Shown: piece after piece, positions 42,201 through 57,620 of the stretch
How positions within the stretch are numbered: position 1 is the first letter of the stretch
Layout of the letters: each line of letters opens with the position of its first letter
Assembly (NCBI GenBank): GCA_012295275.1
Contig: CM022670.1
Location: forward strand, 16,616,001-16,680,000
Length of the DNA: 64,000 nucleotides
Source of the DNA: Chrysomallon squamiferum
Lineage: Eukaryota; Animalia; Mollusca
Reading direction: 5' to 3'
The notes under the pieces: model-generated
Told to the model about the DNA's origin: nothing
Seen by the model: only the letters and a program-made list of their open reading frames with translations
The model's database searches: none
Position numbers and translations under genes: made by a program

Positions 42201-45200
42201 AATAAAATAAAACAAAGCAAAACAAGACAAAAGAAAAGAAAAGAAAAGAAAATAGAATAGAATAGAATAAAATAAAATAAAATAAAGGCAAACAATTAAA
42301 CAGTTCTACCTTTTCTGAATGTAGTTTTTAACATTACTTCTCTTTTTTTTTAATTTAATTTTTTCTCAGTGAAGATAATCATTAAAAGTGATCTTTTTTT
42401 CATTTTTAATATTCTTAAGGTCATTAAGCCAACAGCAGTCACGAAAAGTCAAGTGTAATCAGCTATTATAGTTAATTATAAATAAAAATTAAAAAAAAAA
42501 AAAAAAAAAATTGTACAGAAACAGCATACATTTTTCAATACCATTTATTTATTTATTATCAGAAAATAAAAATGTAAAGTGAAAACATCATAAAAACAAA
42601 GCCATGTGATGCTGACAGTAATATTTTCTAAACAACAGTGTTGCACATCTGTTACAGCAAATATTCAGACAAACAATTTCTTTATGATGGATCATGTTCT
42701 AATCTCCTTGTTTTACTTTTATTTATTTACATGTGTTTATTTATTTTTATATATTTATTATTATTATTATTATTACTTTTATTATTATTATGATGATGAT
42801 CATCATAATCATCATCATCAAGACAGGACCACAATGCTGTCCATTATACCATAATGTTGTACCTATCATAACTTTAACATAACAATTTATTATAAATGCC
42901 CTTAAGTATTACTTAAATTAATTAATAATATTTCAGACAATAGGGGAAGTGTGGGGGGGTCATCTTCCTTTTCTTTTTCTTTCTTTTTTTGACTATCAAA
43001 CACACTGATCTTATAAATTGTTTATTAGTTTTTGACAGCAATAAATTTCATTAACCTTTCTTATCATCCAGTAGTAAAAATAAGAAATGGAGCATAGGAA
43101 ATAGCAAAATTAGTAATTTTTTAATGTTTTGGATCTGTAATAAAATTAAACTTTGCTATTGTTATTTATACAGCATTTTTCTTTACTTTAGAGAATTATA
43201 CTTTTTTTTTTTCTTTTTTTTTAAAGACAAATGGTGTATCTAGTATATATGAAATTATGTTTAGTTCAAATGCCGAAAAAGAAATCTCTCTAATATTAAT
43301 CAATGCTTTACAAATACAGTTACTGTTATTAGTCTAACAAAACTGAACACTGAATGGGTTTTGTAAAACTTGAAGTATACAAGAGACAGTTGTTTGTGTA
43401 TTGGTACTGCTACCATTGCCTAGTCCAGCTAGTTTAAAATCAAATATATATATATAAATATATATACACTCACCGCTATTTCACACTATCCAAACACAGA
43501 TGATGAAAAACACTTTGTCACATCTCACTTAAACAAAATTTCTCTCTGTAAACATCGCATTAGCACATTTCGGAGGAAAAGTTATAAAAGTTCCGACAAA
43601 GAGAGTGTTTAATACCGTGTGTGGCGTGGCCCTTCTTGCTCTGTGGTGCCTTGTGAGAAACCCATTGACCTTGCAGTGAATGAATAGAGCAGAGAATAAA
43701 CAGTCCAATAACTCACCAATAAACATACTCACTTCATACCTCAACAATAGATCGCCTCAAAGTATGGCTCATTGCATTCCGGTGTACTCAATTTAAATAA
43801 CGTCAAGACCACTGGCCCAGAAAGCACACTACCTGACCCTCAGGCAAATAAAATAATCTAATCTCCAACCTTGTTGTTACATCAGAACAAAATAAAATAC
43901 AAGACTGCTGTCAAATTAGGATTTCTGATTAAGTCTTCGGTTGAGTATTTTTTTTGCTTATTCACTTGTTGGCATAACAATTAAAGAGCATCAGAATAAA
44001 TAAATGCATTATTAAGTGTCAGTTGATGAAATATCAAAATGACACTTTTGTACAAACTGTATTAGTGACAGAATATCTAAATATACAAGCATTCTTTTTT
44101 CAATTTTAGTGGCAGTTATCCAAAAATACAAACATATAGGTATAGATATACACATTCATACAGACCTACACACATATATACATACATACATATATCCATG
44201 CACATATACAGATATATACATACATCATTCATAAAGACATGCAGACATACATACATACATCATATAAACTATTATACACATGTACTATTATTTGTTAATT
44301 GCATTTATTATATTCACACACATGTTTGTGTGTGTGAATAAGGACTGAAACATGCTTAAATGCAAGTAAATATTTTAAAAGTAGTTAAAACAGGACATAA
44401 TTTCAAAGATTTTTTTCTTTTAATTGTGTGTGCATGTGTGACATAAGTTAAGAATTTTTCTTTTTCACATGAAACTAAAAAAACAGCACTATGGTCTTTG
44501 TGTATGAGAATTCATTTTCATGGGAATAAATGTGAAAACATGGGGACAGAAATAACAAAGAAAAAAAAAACCTCTTAAAGACAAATAAAAATATATCACA
44601 GAATAATCTACAGACAAAATAATCATTTTAATCACCATAACAATTTTACGCACATGAATCTGTTTTCTTTACAGCTACTCAGAACTATACTTAGTTAAGA
44701 GGGAAGAAAAAAATGTCAAGTATTTGAAGATTTCTCTTCTAGTTAACAACACAGCAAGTTCATAATCTGTAAAATAAACAAAGTCCTTTAAACAACAGGG
44801 TGGCAAAGAGCAAACACCTCCCCAGGGTAAACAATCCAGAGACAGTGCAAGATAATACCATCCCAGCCATTTTTTTAAAAAACCTCACGTCTCTTCTATT
44901 AGCAACAAGCTGATGATTATACACTTGGTGGCCAGTTTTAGAGAAGCACACACAACTTCTACAATGAGAAAAAGTCCCATTGAATTTACAGTGCCCATGG
45001 AAAAACAGGTCAGCTAACCTGATTGGAGAATCATTCAAAGTTCCCCTTTCAAATATGAAAACTGTAAATTGGGTGGTTTTTCTCTGAACCTTTTCTTAGA
45101 ATGCAATGTTAATATCATCATGTTTTTAAAATTAATTGTATGAGATAAAGTCCACTTATGAATAACATTTTCAGATCAAGTGTGTGTGAGTGTCTTGACC

Positions 45201-45689
45201 ATTATCATGTTAATGTAACCTCACACAGAAAGAGTCTCCATAATGTATGCAACAAATAAAACAGAAAACAGAAAGATTTTTTTAATGAATTTTTTTTATT
45301 GTTGATTATTTTATTTTATTTCATTTCATTTCATTTATTTTATTTTATTTATTTTATTAATTTAATTTAACTGATTTTTTTTTTATTGATTTATTTATTA
45401 TCTTTTATTTATTTACTTATTTATTTATTCATTTTTTATTTATTTAATATTATATTATTTTATTTTTTTTTTTTTTTTTTTTTTTTTTGTCTTTTTGCTA
45501 AGCATAATCATAGAAGGCAGCTATCTGAGCTATATTAACATCATCTGAAGGGTTAAGAATGCCTATCCTGAGCAAATAAAACAGTAACTTATTTATTACC
45601 TCTTAATTTAATTTATCCTTAACAACTGTGATTAAAATAGCAAAAATAGTGAAAATACTTCAGAATAGAAACTCTATACTAACGTTATC

Positions 45690-45955
45690 TTCAAATATTT
45701 TATATATTATCTTTCTTTTTATACTGTACAAAGATTTAAATAGCTTTCTTTTAATACTACAACAAAATTTAAATAGCTTTCTTTTAATACTGTACAAAAA
45801 TTTAAATAGCTTTCTTTTAATACTACAACAAAATTTAAATAGCTTTCTTTTAATACTACAACAAAATTTAAATATCTTTCTTTTAATACTACAACAGTTA
45901 TCCTTCTTTTAATACTATCAAAACATTTAAATATGATCTTTCTTTTAATACTACC
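45690..45955. repeat. 33-bp minisatellite
   Basis: ATTTAAATAGCTTTCTTTTAATACTACAACAAA head-to-tail; explains the repetitive ORF 45628-45912. Confidence 0.9.
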
Positions 45956-48266
45956 CAGTAACTCCAGTAATGATGATATTGATGATGATGATGATGATGA
46001 TGATAATAATAATAATAACTTGGAAGAAATATGTTAATATTGAAATAAATTGTTTATGGCTAATAAAAAGTACATGGACTCTGTGATATGTTTTATGAGT
46101 GTCATCTACACAGTGTTATTGTCAGTTTTAAGAGACCTGTCTCATAAAGATGAATACACACAATGAATGTTTATGTGCCCAACAAATATTTACTGCAGAA
46201 GTGGTTGCTTTTTCAGTATATCATTTTCAAAATATTTGTGGTCATAAATCATACAAATAAATGAGAATTTAAACAGATATTCAACAAATATCTTTTTAAA
46301 TATTAACAACTAATATTTGAGATTTGTACGAAACAGTTTCAGTATACACATTTTAAAACATTATACCAAATATGTGAAAGTGTATTAAAGTAGTTCTATC
46401 AGAATGTATCAATGGTCAGCTTTCAGTTAAAACAGATTTGCTTTATTTTCCAAATATTTTTACTGAATTTCATGTTATACTCATTTTTAGACCCCTGTTG
46501 ATTGTATCGAGTTTGGAGGTGTCTTGGTAAAAAAAAAAAAACAACAACATTAGCTTTATTTACTGAAATATTTGTAATTAATTTTTATGTTATATTAATT
46601 TTGGTGGGCTCCTGCTGATTGTGAGGCTGTAAGGTACAGTTTGTTAAGCAGTGTCTGCTGTTGTAAATGTTTTATAATTTTAAATAATATAATTAACAAT
46701 TTATACTTATAAAAGATCTGCTGCTTTCAGTTGTATGGGAAACAAATAAAATAACAGAGAATAAAATAAAATAAATTTAAATAGAACTGAACTGAACTGA
46801 ACTGAACTGAACTGAACTGAACTGAACTGAAATTAAATTAAATTAAATTAAATTAAAATATTAATAAACACAAAAAGGTTAGTTATTCCTAAAAAAAATT
46901 GTTTAATCTAATCTAAACTTACCTAATTTATTTATTTATTTGAATCTACTTTAAAAATTCACAAATAACAAAAGTACACTATGCATTGTAAGTGTTGTTT
47001 TAATTAATTAATTATTATTAAATTAAAAAAATAATTAATGTTTTAATAGAACAGAACATTTGGTGAGAGTGATTATATGCCACTAATTGGAAGAATATAT
47101 TTCTTATTAGGCATTAGAAGTATTTTTAAATAAGAGACAAATTCTCACCGGTATGCCTGCCCTGGGGTGAAGACATTAATATCATACTGGTGATACATTA
47201 AAATGTCAAAACACAAATTCTTTATAATCAGTTTTGTTTTTTTTCTTGTCTAGATATATTACTTTAAAAAACTGAAGAAAAAAAAAAAAAGATAAAAAGA
47301 TAAAAAGATAAAATGTCAGCATGAAAATAATTTTTTTTTTTTTTTTTTTTTTTTTAAATGTGACTTGTATCAAATAAAGTTCAGTTACAAGTGTATGTGA
47401 ATTGAATATTGTTAGGAGCTAATTTTTTATTCATTTTTTTTTTTTAATCTTTTATACATAGCCTAGCAAACCACAAATTTTTGAGTTATTTTTGTCATAC
47501 TACTTCAGTTACAAACAACAACAAGAACAGCAAAACAAAAAAAACATCCATATCTTATCATAATACTATGATCTAAATAATGTGGTATATTAACAGGTGT
47601 AATTACTGAATACACATAGTGCTATGTTATTATGTCCATGAAGATCATTATAATTATTATGTTAAAAACTGTCAGAATCTATCTGTACATTTTAACGGTT
47701 GTGTATAGAGTAGATCTTCCACAGACCATTAATCATATCATTTATCTGTTTGAAAACACATTATGAATCAATTTATCTCGAACACAAATCATTAAGATTC
47801 ATTTATCTGTAAAATATTGACTGACAATATATTCACACTTAATTACTACCACAAAATGATATATCAGACTGTATGTAACACCAGTTTGAGTAACAACAAT
47901 AATAATAAAACACCTGAAATTAACTTTGAAAAAAAAAAAAAAAAAAAAAAAAAAGATATAGATATTTTAAAATCATTGTTATATCCACAAACACTTAATC
48001 TCTCTATCTATATGAGCTAGCTGAAAAATGGATTTGTTCTCATTCAGTTCAAATTTTATCTAAATTAATGTCTCTTTTCACATCTCTCTTATCTCAAACA
48101 TGATAACACCTTACAAACGATGACATTTATCAATAAAATAAGCAAACTCTATCAGCTATTATTTCTTTCTTTTATAATCTCTATCCTTTTTATTTTTTAT
48201 TATTATTATTTTACTTAACCTTTTTATAGACATTTAAAAATCTAATTCTAATGGAAATCGGCTTAC

Positions 48267-48512
48267 CTTCACCAAAGACTAAAACACGAAAGTGAAAAAC
48301 TTGCACTCTGGAGGGAAGATTTATCTCAATAAAAAGTTTACAAGGCGACATAAGAAATATTTCTGTTCATTTATCACTGAGATCTAGGCTGAAGTTATGA
48401 CTGAATGCTCTGCTACCTGAAACAGGTTCAATGTTCACCTTGGTGTGGTTATGTAGACAGAGGTCGCTGGTCACAGGTCAATACCTGCTGGTTTTACCAG
48501 GTGATGGATCAC
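48267..48512 (-). other. Candidate non-coding (5' UTR) exon of the XKR gene
   Basis: On -, acceptor gttttgttacag|G and strong donor AAG|GTAAGC bracket a locally GC-richer 246-nt block; a plausible downstream acceptor (atttcag) ends at 38804, upstream of the XKR ATG. Confidence 0.4.
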
Positions 48513-48776
48513 CTGTAACAAAACATTTTCAAAATATCTCACCTATTGTCTCAAACTTCTTTATTCACTGTTCAGTTTCAGATATATTTTATTTTTTTTC
48601 ATTTCGGTTATTGTTTTTTAATTTGTTTTTTTCTATTTTTTTTTTTTTAAATAAAATTAATTTTTTCAAATTTGCTCTCCAGTTTCAATTATACAGAATG
48701 AAATTTGGTTAATAAATAATGATTTTAATTTTTGCTGAAAAGTTAATCAAATGAAATAACTATGATTCAAAAGGAC

Positions 48777-48915
48777 AGAATAAAGCAGTGTTATGTTGTG
48801 TGCAATCTATTTTGTGATATCCAGAATATACTGAATAGTCATAAATACTTTGAAATACACTGAAGTACCAGGATCATAATAATAATAACAATAACAATAA
48901 CAATTTTAATGGACA

Positions 48916-48949
<34 letters not shown>

Positions 48950-49091
48950 GTCTTCTACATAGCTAGCATATAAAAAATACTGTTAAAACTGTTTATAAGG
49001 ATTAAAACATAATTATGACATTATTAGCTATAAATCAGAATTCTAAAATAATCATTTTAGTTCGAACTTGTAACTTTTGCAGATAAAAACA

Positions 49092-49141
<50 letters not shown>

Positions 49142-49240
49142 CCTGGATGTTTAGTGTATTTTTAAAATCTTCATCTAGTATTTAAAACTATTAAATGTAT
49201 CCTGGATATCACAAAACACAGCACAACACTGCTTTATTCT
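48777..49240. mobile_element. Degenerate long inverted repeat (foldback/MITE-like)
   Basis: Left arm AGAATAAAGCAGTGTT...TTTTGTGATATCCAG...AAATACACT...CCAGGAT(AAT)n mirrors right arm (ATT)nATCCTGG...AGTGTATTT...CTGGATATCACAAAA...AACACTGCTTTATTCT; arms about 110-140 bp. Confidence 0.65.
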
Positions 49241-50805
49241 ACAACCAGATCGTTTAAGTAATTTCAGATTTATTTTAATGTAGACATTCTTTACACTTTT
49301 AAACCTAGTTATTGCCTTGGTATTTCTCAATACAGAATGATTAATAAATACACAGTTTTAGGAAATAGTACAAGATGCTGAAACAACAACCAAACATCAT
49401 TAATATCAGGAAAATAAACATATTTCAGTATTTGCTTCCATGTGTCTATTACCTACCTGTAGAATTACCAACATGTCACAACATAATTTACTCATCAAGG
49501 CACAGATATTTATCTTGAAGTTTAACTTCCATATGTTAGAAGAATAAAAGTAAAATATAGTTTTCTAATTAATACCGAAAATAAATACAAATATAAATAT
49601 ACTTTGTCACAGCCATGTAATGATTAAAACTGCTGTAAAATTTTAATGTGATAATAAAGGAATATCTGCATGAGGTATGAGATGATGTGTTATGTGACTA
49701 AATCTGTGTTAGTGTGTTATGTGACTAAAGCTATGTTAATGTGCTAGATGATCAGTTGAAAGTCAGTGGTATAATAAGTAACCTTACACAGCACACAGCC
49801 AGGTTGTTGCAATGAAGGATTTCAAAACAATTTTAAAAATAAGCATATGGGTTCTTGTACCTGGTTTCAGTTACTTCTGTCAACATCACAAAATAATAAA
49901 AATAAAAACAAAATTTAAAATTAAAAAATAAATAAATAATTTAAAATATTAAGTAATGTCTCAACATGTTTAACAATAAAATGAAATAAAACTAAACAGA
50001 ACAAATCAAAATAACATAATAAAAAATGAACTGATAAATAATATTAGAATAAATAAATAAATATATGATGATGATGATGATGATAATAATAATAATAATA
50101 ATAATAATCATAATCATAATCATAATCACAATAATAAATAAACCATTACTATACCAGACTTTAGCAGTAGTTGACTCCTGTGATAGATTTCGCCAAACTA
50201 CATAATCCAACATTAACACATTAGAAGTACACAACCAGAAACACAAAACATTTCTCTTTGCGTTCTGCTTCGTAATTATCTTTTGTTAGTTTTTCAGCCT
50301 GCTGTTTCTTCATTGTGATTTTTAGCTGACTTACACATGACCTAATAGTAAATTCTACCAATGGAATTTATGAAACTTGTTTTTATCCTAAATCACATTC
50401 CTAGTTACAGGACATAAATATAAATATATAATTATATGCATAACATTAAAAAGTACATCTTAAATTTGTGTTTGTATTCTAGTTATTTTAGGTGGCTTTT
50501 TTTTTGTTGTTTTGTTATTTTGTTTTTTCTTTTTCTTTATTTTTTTTCTTCTTTTTTTTCATTTCTTTTTGTTTTGTTTTTGTTAGTTTTGGGTTTGTTG
50601 TTTGGGTTTTGGGGTTTGTTTGGGTTGTTTTTTTATTTATTTTTTTTATTGGTAAACAAGAAACTACCGTACAGTATATATTCTTATTATTTATTTTATC
50701 ATATTATTTATTTATTTATTTTGACACTTCATTTTCCTCAACCGTATGTTCGTAACCATGGAAACACCATGCTTAAAAAAAAAAAAAAACAATAAACTAT
50801 AAAAG

Positions 50806-50840
<35 letters not shown>

Positions 50841-51221
50841 TGAAAAGAAATACAAACAAACAAATATATTTTCTGTCACGAAGTGAAATATTTAGAAAAT
50901 GTTTATTGCATTGTTCACGCGTCAGTATCAGATCTGAGTTTAAATCTCTGGTTTCTGGCTGCTGAACTTGGGAACGAAATGAAAAGGTCGTGTATTATTA
51001 TGCGAGTGGAGAGAACAAGCGGAATACAACAGGTACCTGGTTGTTTAATCAGGTGGGTTTCACCTGCTCACGCATCAACAATCACACTAATAGAAGGTAC
51101 AACAAAATACGTATGATTTGCTAAAGAAAGGAGAAAAACAACCTGAACTGGGTTATATATTGCTGCGTAACAGTTCAAATATTGCTCTCACTTCAGCAAC
51201 AAAACAAAACAAAACAAAACA

Positions 51222-51274
<53 letters not shown>

Positions 51275-51702
51275 GATAAAGAAGAAGAAGAAAATTAGAA
51301 ACACTAAATAATTTTAAATGATAATAAGTAAAAAAAGAATGAGCAGTAAATAAATAAATAAATAAAAAAATAAATAAATAAAAAAAATAATAATAATAAT
51401 AATAAAAATAATCAAATAAAAAAAAATAATATAAAAAAAAAATTAAAAAAAAATTATTGTACTGTTAACTTTGGTTGGAAAGAAAAAGATGACATTTTAG
51501 AAACAGTGCAGTGATTTTGTCTATGGACACTAACATATGGAGAGTAATCATTCAGTACTCACTGTACATGGACCACTGTGTTAAATTCATTGCTCACAGT
51601 AACACCAATATTTTATCTGATTAGCAGAAGCTGGAAGGCTGTCGTCTGCTAAGTGAATATAAAATGGTTTACATTTTACTTGTGTGTTTTTTTTGTTTTC
51701 TT

Positions 51703-51742
<40 letters not shown>

Positions 51743-52141
51743 CTTTTATTATTATTATTTGGCATTTTCTTTTCCTATTTTTAAAAAAATAAATTCTTTG
51801 ATGTCAGTTATGTATTTAAAATGTCTTTTTCAAACACGTGATTTATATAAGGCTTCTAAAAACGTTTTATTCGTTCATAATTGTATACCATTTTCGCACA
51901 GTATTTTCTTGACGTTAAACCCATTAAATTTATTTATTTAATTTATGCAAATTGATCGTATCAACCAGAAAGTTCCTAGCAGTAAAATTATGATATATTA
52001 CTGCATTACGGTGGAGGGGAACAGTAATAAAAAACAACGTTGTTGTATAATGTAAATAATACTTTGGATAAGAATGTTACACAACAGTGTTATAAAAAAA
52101 TATATATATTTCGACGTGATCGGTGTTACATGACTATGTAG

Positions 52142-52228
<87 letters not shown>

Positions 52229-52807
52229 CGTGTGTGTGAAATTATCTCTTTTGAACGGATGAGTTTTTAAAAAAAAACATATTTATAAAATATCTAAATT
52301 AAGGATCACAGAATCGGTGGAATCATTTATTTTTTTTTTTTTTTTTGTTTGTTTGTTTGTTTGTCTGTCTGTCATTTTCATAGTTTATTTTTATTCATTC
52401 ACTGCGTGGTAAAACTCTTTGTGTGGGCTTTGCCAGGTGATAAAAAAGTGAATAAATGAATTAGACGAACGAAACAGAAGAAACACACACACACACACAC
52501 CCCTACAATCTCAGAAACAAAATAATCGTAATCTGGCGTTAATAATGGATTCAAATGACTACTGGTATTAATGTAAATTAGCTGTCCGGTTACTCTCATG
52601 TGGAAACACTTAAAATAAGCTACGATCAGACGTCAGAACGTTTACTAGTGCATCGTTAGTACGTATCGGTCATTCCTTATTTATAAGGAAAATACTCAAT
52701 AAAACTTTTAAAATCACGCATAATTACTCCTCCCCCAACAAAAAGAGGAATAAATAATAATAAATAAATAATTAAAATAAAATAATAATAACAGATAATT
52801 AAATTTA

Positions 52808-52843
<36 letters not shown>

Positions 52844-54704
52844 TAATAATAAATAAATAAATAAATAAATTCTTTACTAATATTATTTAATTTAGCGGTA
52901 TCTATTGTTGGCAAACACACCCAGACACATGAACGTGTCTATATACACATGGGATCGATGCACGCATACATATAGCAGAAAATAAAATAACAATAGCCAC
53001 AGTCAGTGTTTTGCAGAGAATCGAGTCAATTCTTAGAATACAATATTACGTATTTAATATTTCGTGTCTGAAACCGGTTTAACGAAGTCTACCTTGTTTC
53101 CTGTCTAACAAAATGTTGTTACATCAGGTAATGCTGTTCTCTTGGGAAATACACAAAGATACCCAGTGTTACACGAGAAACGGTAGACAGCATTTCAATA
53201 AAACAGTTCAACTTACAGTCCCTTACAGATTGTACACTAACCATGTATCATTTTACTATGTTTCAGTAGAAAAGAAAGATAAAAAATAAATAAATAATAA
53301 TGAAATAATATATAAATAAATAAAGATAGTATGACTGTTGCTCAGTATTAGTTATGTGCTTATATATTTTTACATGATCTCACACACGCACGCATGCATA
53401 CACATTTAGAGAAAAAAAAAACAAAACCAACCAACTGCAATATTGATGTGGAGAAAATATTTCTTTATGTTAACTGGAGTCAGAAATGTTCTATTATTTC
53501 GGAAAAATTTATTATCAAGCTTTATTTATTTTATTTATTACAATACATGTAATAGTCTACTGCATTTTAAATTCTGATTTCTCTGTCTGAGATAAAGAAT
53601 CAATAAATCCAGTTGTGTGTGTTTGTATGTATGTATGTATATATCTCTATAATATGTGTGTGTTTTTGACATGGATATTTTAATAACAAGCCTACTTTTT
53701 ACAATATTTTCATTTATGGCAACATGATAAATAAAAAGGTATATAATACTGATAATTTGTTCCAAAATGAGTAAAATTGGCTAGGTTATACATCTTTATT
53801 ATTCTTAACACATTCACATGATTTTAATTTGAGAATTGTATTAATTTCTTTCTCACGATCATTATTATCATACACATTTTTATTTCTCTGTGGTTATAAC
53901 ACTTAACTGAAATGGAGTATTTCATTTGTTGTTTATTACAGAGATAAACCATATTTATACAAAAAAATAATAATAAAAAAAAATAAAGAGAGAGAAAAAA
54001 AAGAGAAACAATATAACATTTTTGATCTAAATTTATTTATTTATTTTTGTATAAGCTTATCAATTTTAAAATGTTATTATTAATTTTAAATCTTTATTTT
54101 CCATATCATACAAATAAATATGCCACTATCTGAGGACAGTAATATGTTGAAATTTGTTTTATTTATTTCAATACCAGTAACAGTTCACATTTTGTTTATA
54201 CCATGTTGTTAATCTCATTGTTCAGTGAAGAGATTGTTTCTTTAAAATACAAACACACATACAGTAACAAAACCATAACAGTACAGGAGGAGAGAGTACA
54301 GGAAAAGAGTAATAATAAAACAGAACATTTGTTGAAGTAGAACAACACTCGAATAATCAACAGAATATTTGTAAAACAAACAGCAGAACATTTTCAGAAA
54401 ATTTGTATGACACCTGTAGAGCAAATAAAACATATGTAGAACACAGAGAAAAACCCCCAAGAATAATATTAATAAAAAGTAAACCAGTTTATTACTTATT
54501 TTTAAAATGTAAATCAATGTTATTAGTTAAAAATCATAGGTTTTTTCCCCTCACATTATGTTACTCTGTTGATATACAAGTCATAAATAGGAGTTATTAA
54601 AGGTTTGTGAAATATGTTTGATTATTTCACAGAATGAAAATTAAAAATATGCATTGTTTATAATTTGAATATTTTAGAAACACTTAACTTTTAAGAAGTG
54701 ATTG

Positions 54705-54735
<31 letters not shown>

Positions 54736-55677
54736 GAAAAAATGTCCACTGATTACAATTGTATGAAAATAAACATTTAACTTTAATATTTCATATTGTT
54801 TTACATTTATACATTTAGTATTATGAATATTTAGCTTTTTTTATTTTAATTTTTGTTTCTCTCTAGTGGTTTATTTATTTATTTTAAAAAAATGATATAA
54901 TGAAGAGTTCAGATTATTCTGAAAGGTACTTTATAATCAGCGATTGTCAAAAGTAAAGGAAAAATAAATGTAGATATAAATATTTATACTGTATATTAAT
55001 AATTGGTTAAATAACTGCAATGATAGTTTATAGCTGAAGACATATTAAAAAAGTTACGATATACTTCAGATAATATAAATATTTTATAGAATCATTAATT
55101 TAATTACAAAATAAGATACGAACTGAATAATTTCATCCCAAAACATGATATATATATATATATATATATAAACTGACATTGTTTGGAGAGAAAAAAAAAA
55201 CAGTAAAAAAAGAACACAGTGCTAACTGTATTTTCAAATTAAAGCACATTTCTTAGGGCCAATAATTGTGGTTTATGAACACATATTTTGCTGTAAAATA
55301 AATGTAAATAAAGTATTTGGTGGTTTCACAACAGCTAAATGTTAACTATAACAAAAATAGTTAGTAAAAATGTAATTTATATGCATAAAACTGACTAGCC
55401 GAACTATGTATGATGACTAAAAAAGCATCAGCGTTAACATTAGCATTTCCTTTTTTATTTAACAATAAATTTGGTGAGATTTATTTTCCTACATCTTTAC
55501 TACGCTTTTCTGATTCAATGGCAAATAAAATCAATTAAAAAGATTTTTAAAAATCTCAACAACTGAATAATGCAAAACTGGTCTATTATTTCATAACAAA
55601 TATGTTAAGAAATGTTTGAATAAATACTACAAAATAAATGTTTCCAAAAAGCAAATAAATAAAAGCGTATAAACAGT

Positions 55678-55839
55678 TTATGAATGTCCCCAGAAAGACG
55701 TTGGAAGTTTCTTAATTTTTCTTTCTCGGGCTACAAATGCTGTAAAAGATGAAACACAGTTGCCTATGAAATGATCAGCCATGCCAAGAACAGCAAGATC
55801 TATCTGTGGTAGCCAGGGATCCTTGTGAAATACTTCAAC
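55678..55839 (-). CDS. POFUT1: POFUT1 exon 8 (terminal coding exon)
   Basis: [53 protein letters not shown] then TAA. Confidence 0.94.
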   Translation of the reverse strand, partial: VEVFHKDPWLPQIDLAVLGMADHFIGNCVSSFTAFVARERKIKKLPTSFWGHS

Positions 55840-56401
55840 CTAAAAAAAGACGACAAAAAAAACCATGATTTAAAATGTAACCTATACCTGAGATAATCAA
55901 AAATAGTTTGTATACTTTCAAGTTATTGATTCTTTTATGACTGATTTTGTTTTCTAATTATGAAATATGACAATAAAATAAAAATGAGTTTTTTTTTTTT
56001 TCAGTTAGTATGATAACTTTTCATAAAAAAAAAAAAATATATATTTAAAAAAAAATAATAAATAAAAAATAAATAAATCCAGCCTACTCAGTCTGCTAGA
56101 TATATTTATTCACTTCAAAGGAAAATCAAATAATATTACCACAAATGGATTAATTACAGTATCTTTTTAGAACTTAATTATAAACAACTGTGCACCAGTT
56201 TTAAAAAATATTTTGAATCATACAGATAAAAATAATTTGAAGTTCACTGAAAAAAAAAAAATACCTTTTGTTTCCTCAGATGTTCTTTTATGTCATTTAT
56301 CATTGGATTTTTATCTGTTGCCACGTAAACAACTTTGGCCTTTATAGAAATCACAGTATTCTTCAGAAGTCTGCAAAAAACCATCTCTCATTCAAATATT
56401 G

Positions 56402-56445
<44 letters not shown>

Positions 56446-57559
56446 AAATAAAATAAATAAATAAATAAATAATGATGAAGATAATTATAATAAAAATAAT
56501 AAATAAAATAAATGACAATAATAATAACAATTATAACAAAACAAGATACCTGTATGTTATTATTCAATAATTAAATAAAGCCTAATTACAATTACAATTT
56601 CTGTATGCTGTGTTTTCAAAACTAAACTGAATTTACATGCTGTAAATGGTATTACCTACCTTAAAATTTCATCTTTTGGAGGAAAGCAAAGTTTAGCTGT
56701 AACTGTGCCCTGACCTGAATAGCCCAGACACTGGGGACTGGACATGTAGCTCTTCATCCCATCAGCATGATCACAGGCATTGGCCTAGAAAATACAACAA
56801 AACTATCGCTGTCAGAAAACTGGCTGGGACACAATAACCCATAGAGGCAAGCTACTGTAAGAGACTCCTTGCAGGAATATCCTATTACAACTAAAACTCT
56901 GTATCTGCTGCAGTATCAGCTTAAATCAGGATAAAATTAATATCCTGGAAATAGTGCACATTGGGATTACTTGTAAAAAAAAAATGATCATATCAAATAT
57001 GTGTTACTTGTATACCATGCAAAATCATTTCTATAAGTTATTACTTGTACAACACAATATTCATGGTATTTAGACAATATGATTACTTTTATAATATAAA
57101 GATCATTATAATACAGTCCTCAGATTGTGCAGTAGTTTTCTGATTATCTGCAAAAATTAATACTACACTCACCCAGTCTGGTCCATTTCTGAGGTGAATT
57201 CCAACAAAGACTTCTCCAGGAAAGTTTTCATTGATGTAACCAAGAGCTTCTTCTTCTATAGAGTCAGACCATTCAAGGTATCTCTGCAGGTGGACATCAT
57301 CTTCCTGGATGGGAAAGGAAGCAGGTGCACCCTTGAAAGCCATCACTGGGTACTCCAAAGGAGGATAGCTAGAAAATGTAAATTAAAACTAAATATAAAC
57401 TGGCTCATATGAGAAATTTAATGTAACTTCATACAAATATTTTATTTCCAACCTTTGAAACCAAATATTCATATTCAGAAATATTAATTGTTTTATATAT
57501 GTATTTTTTATATTACTGTCTTGTTATAATAATAATAAAGATAATAATAATAATAATTA

Positions 57560-57620
<61 letters not shown>

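Noticed and set aside
55625-55677. Readthrough of the POFUT1 stop to recover an ER-retention signal
   Set aside because: TAA-A is a strong stop and the downstream peptide (TVYTLLFICFLETFIL) has no KDEL-like end.
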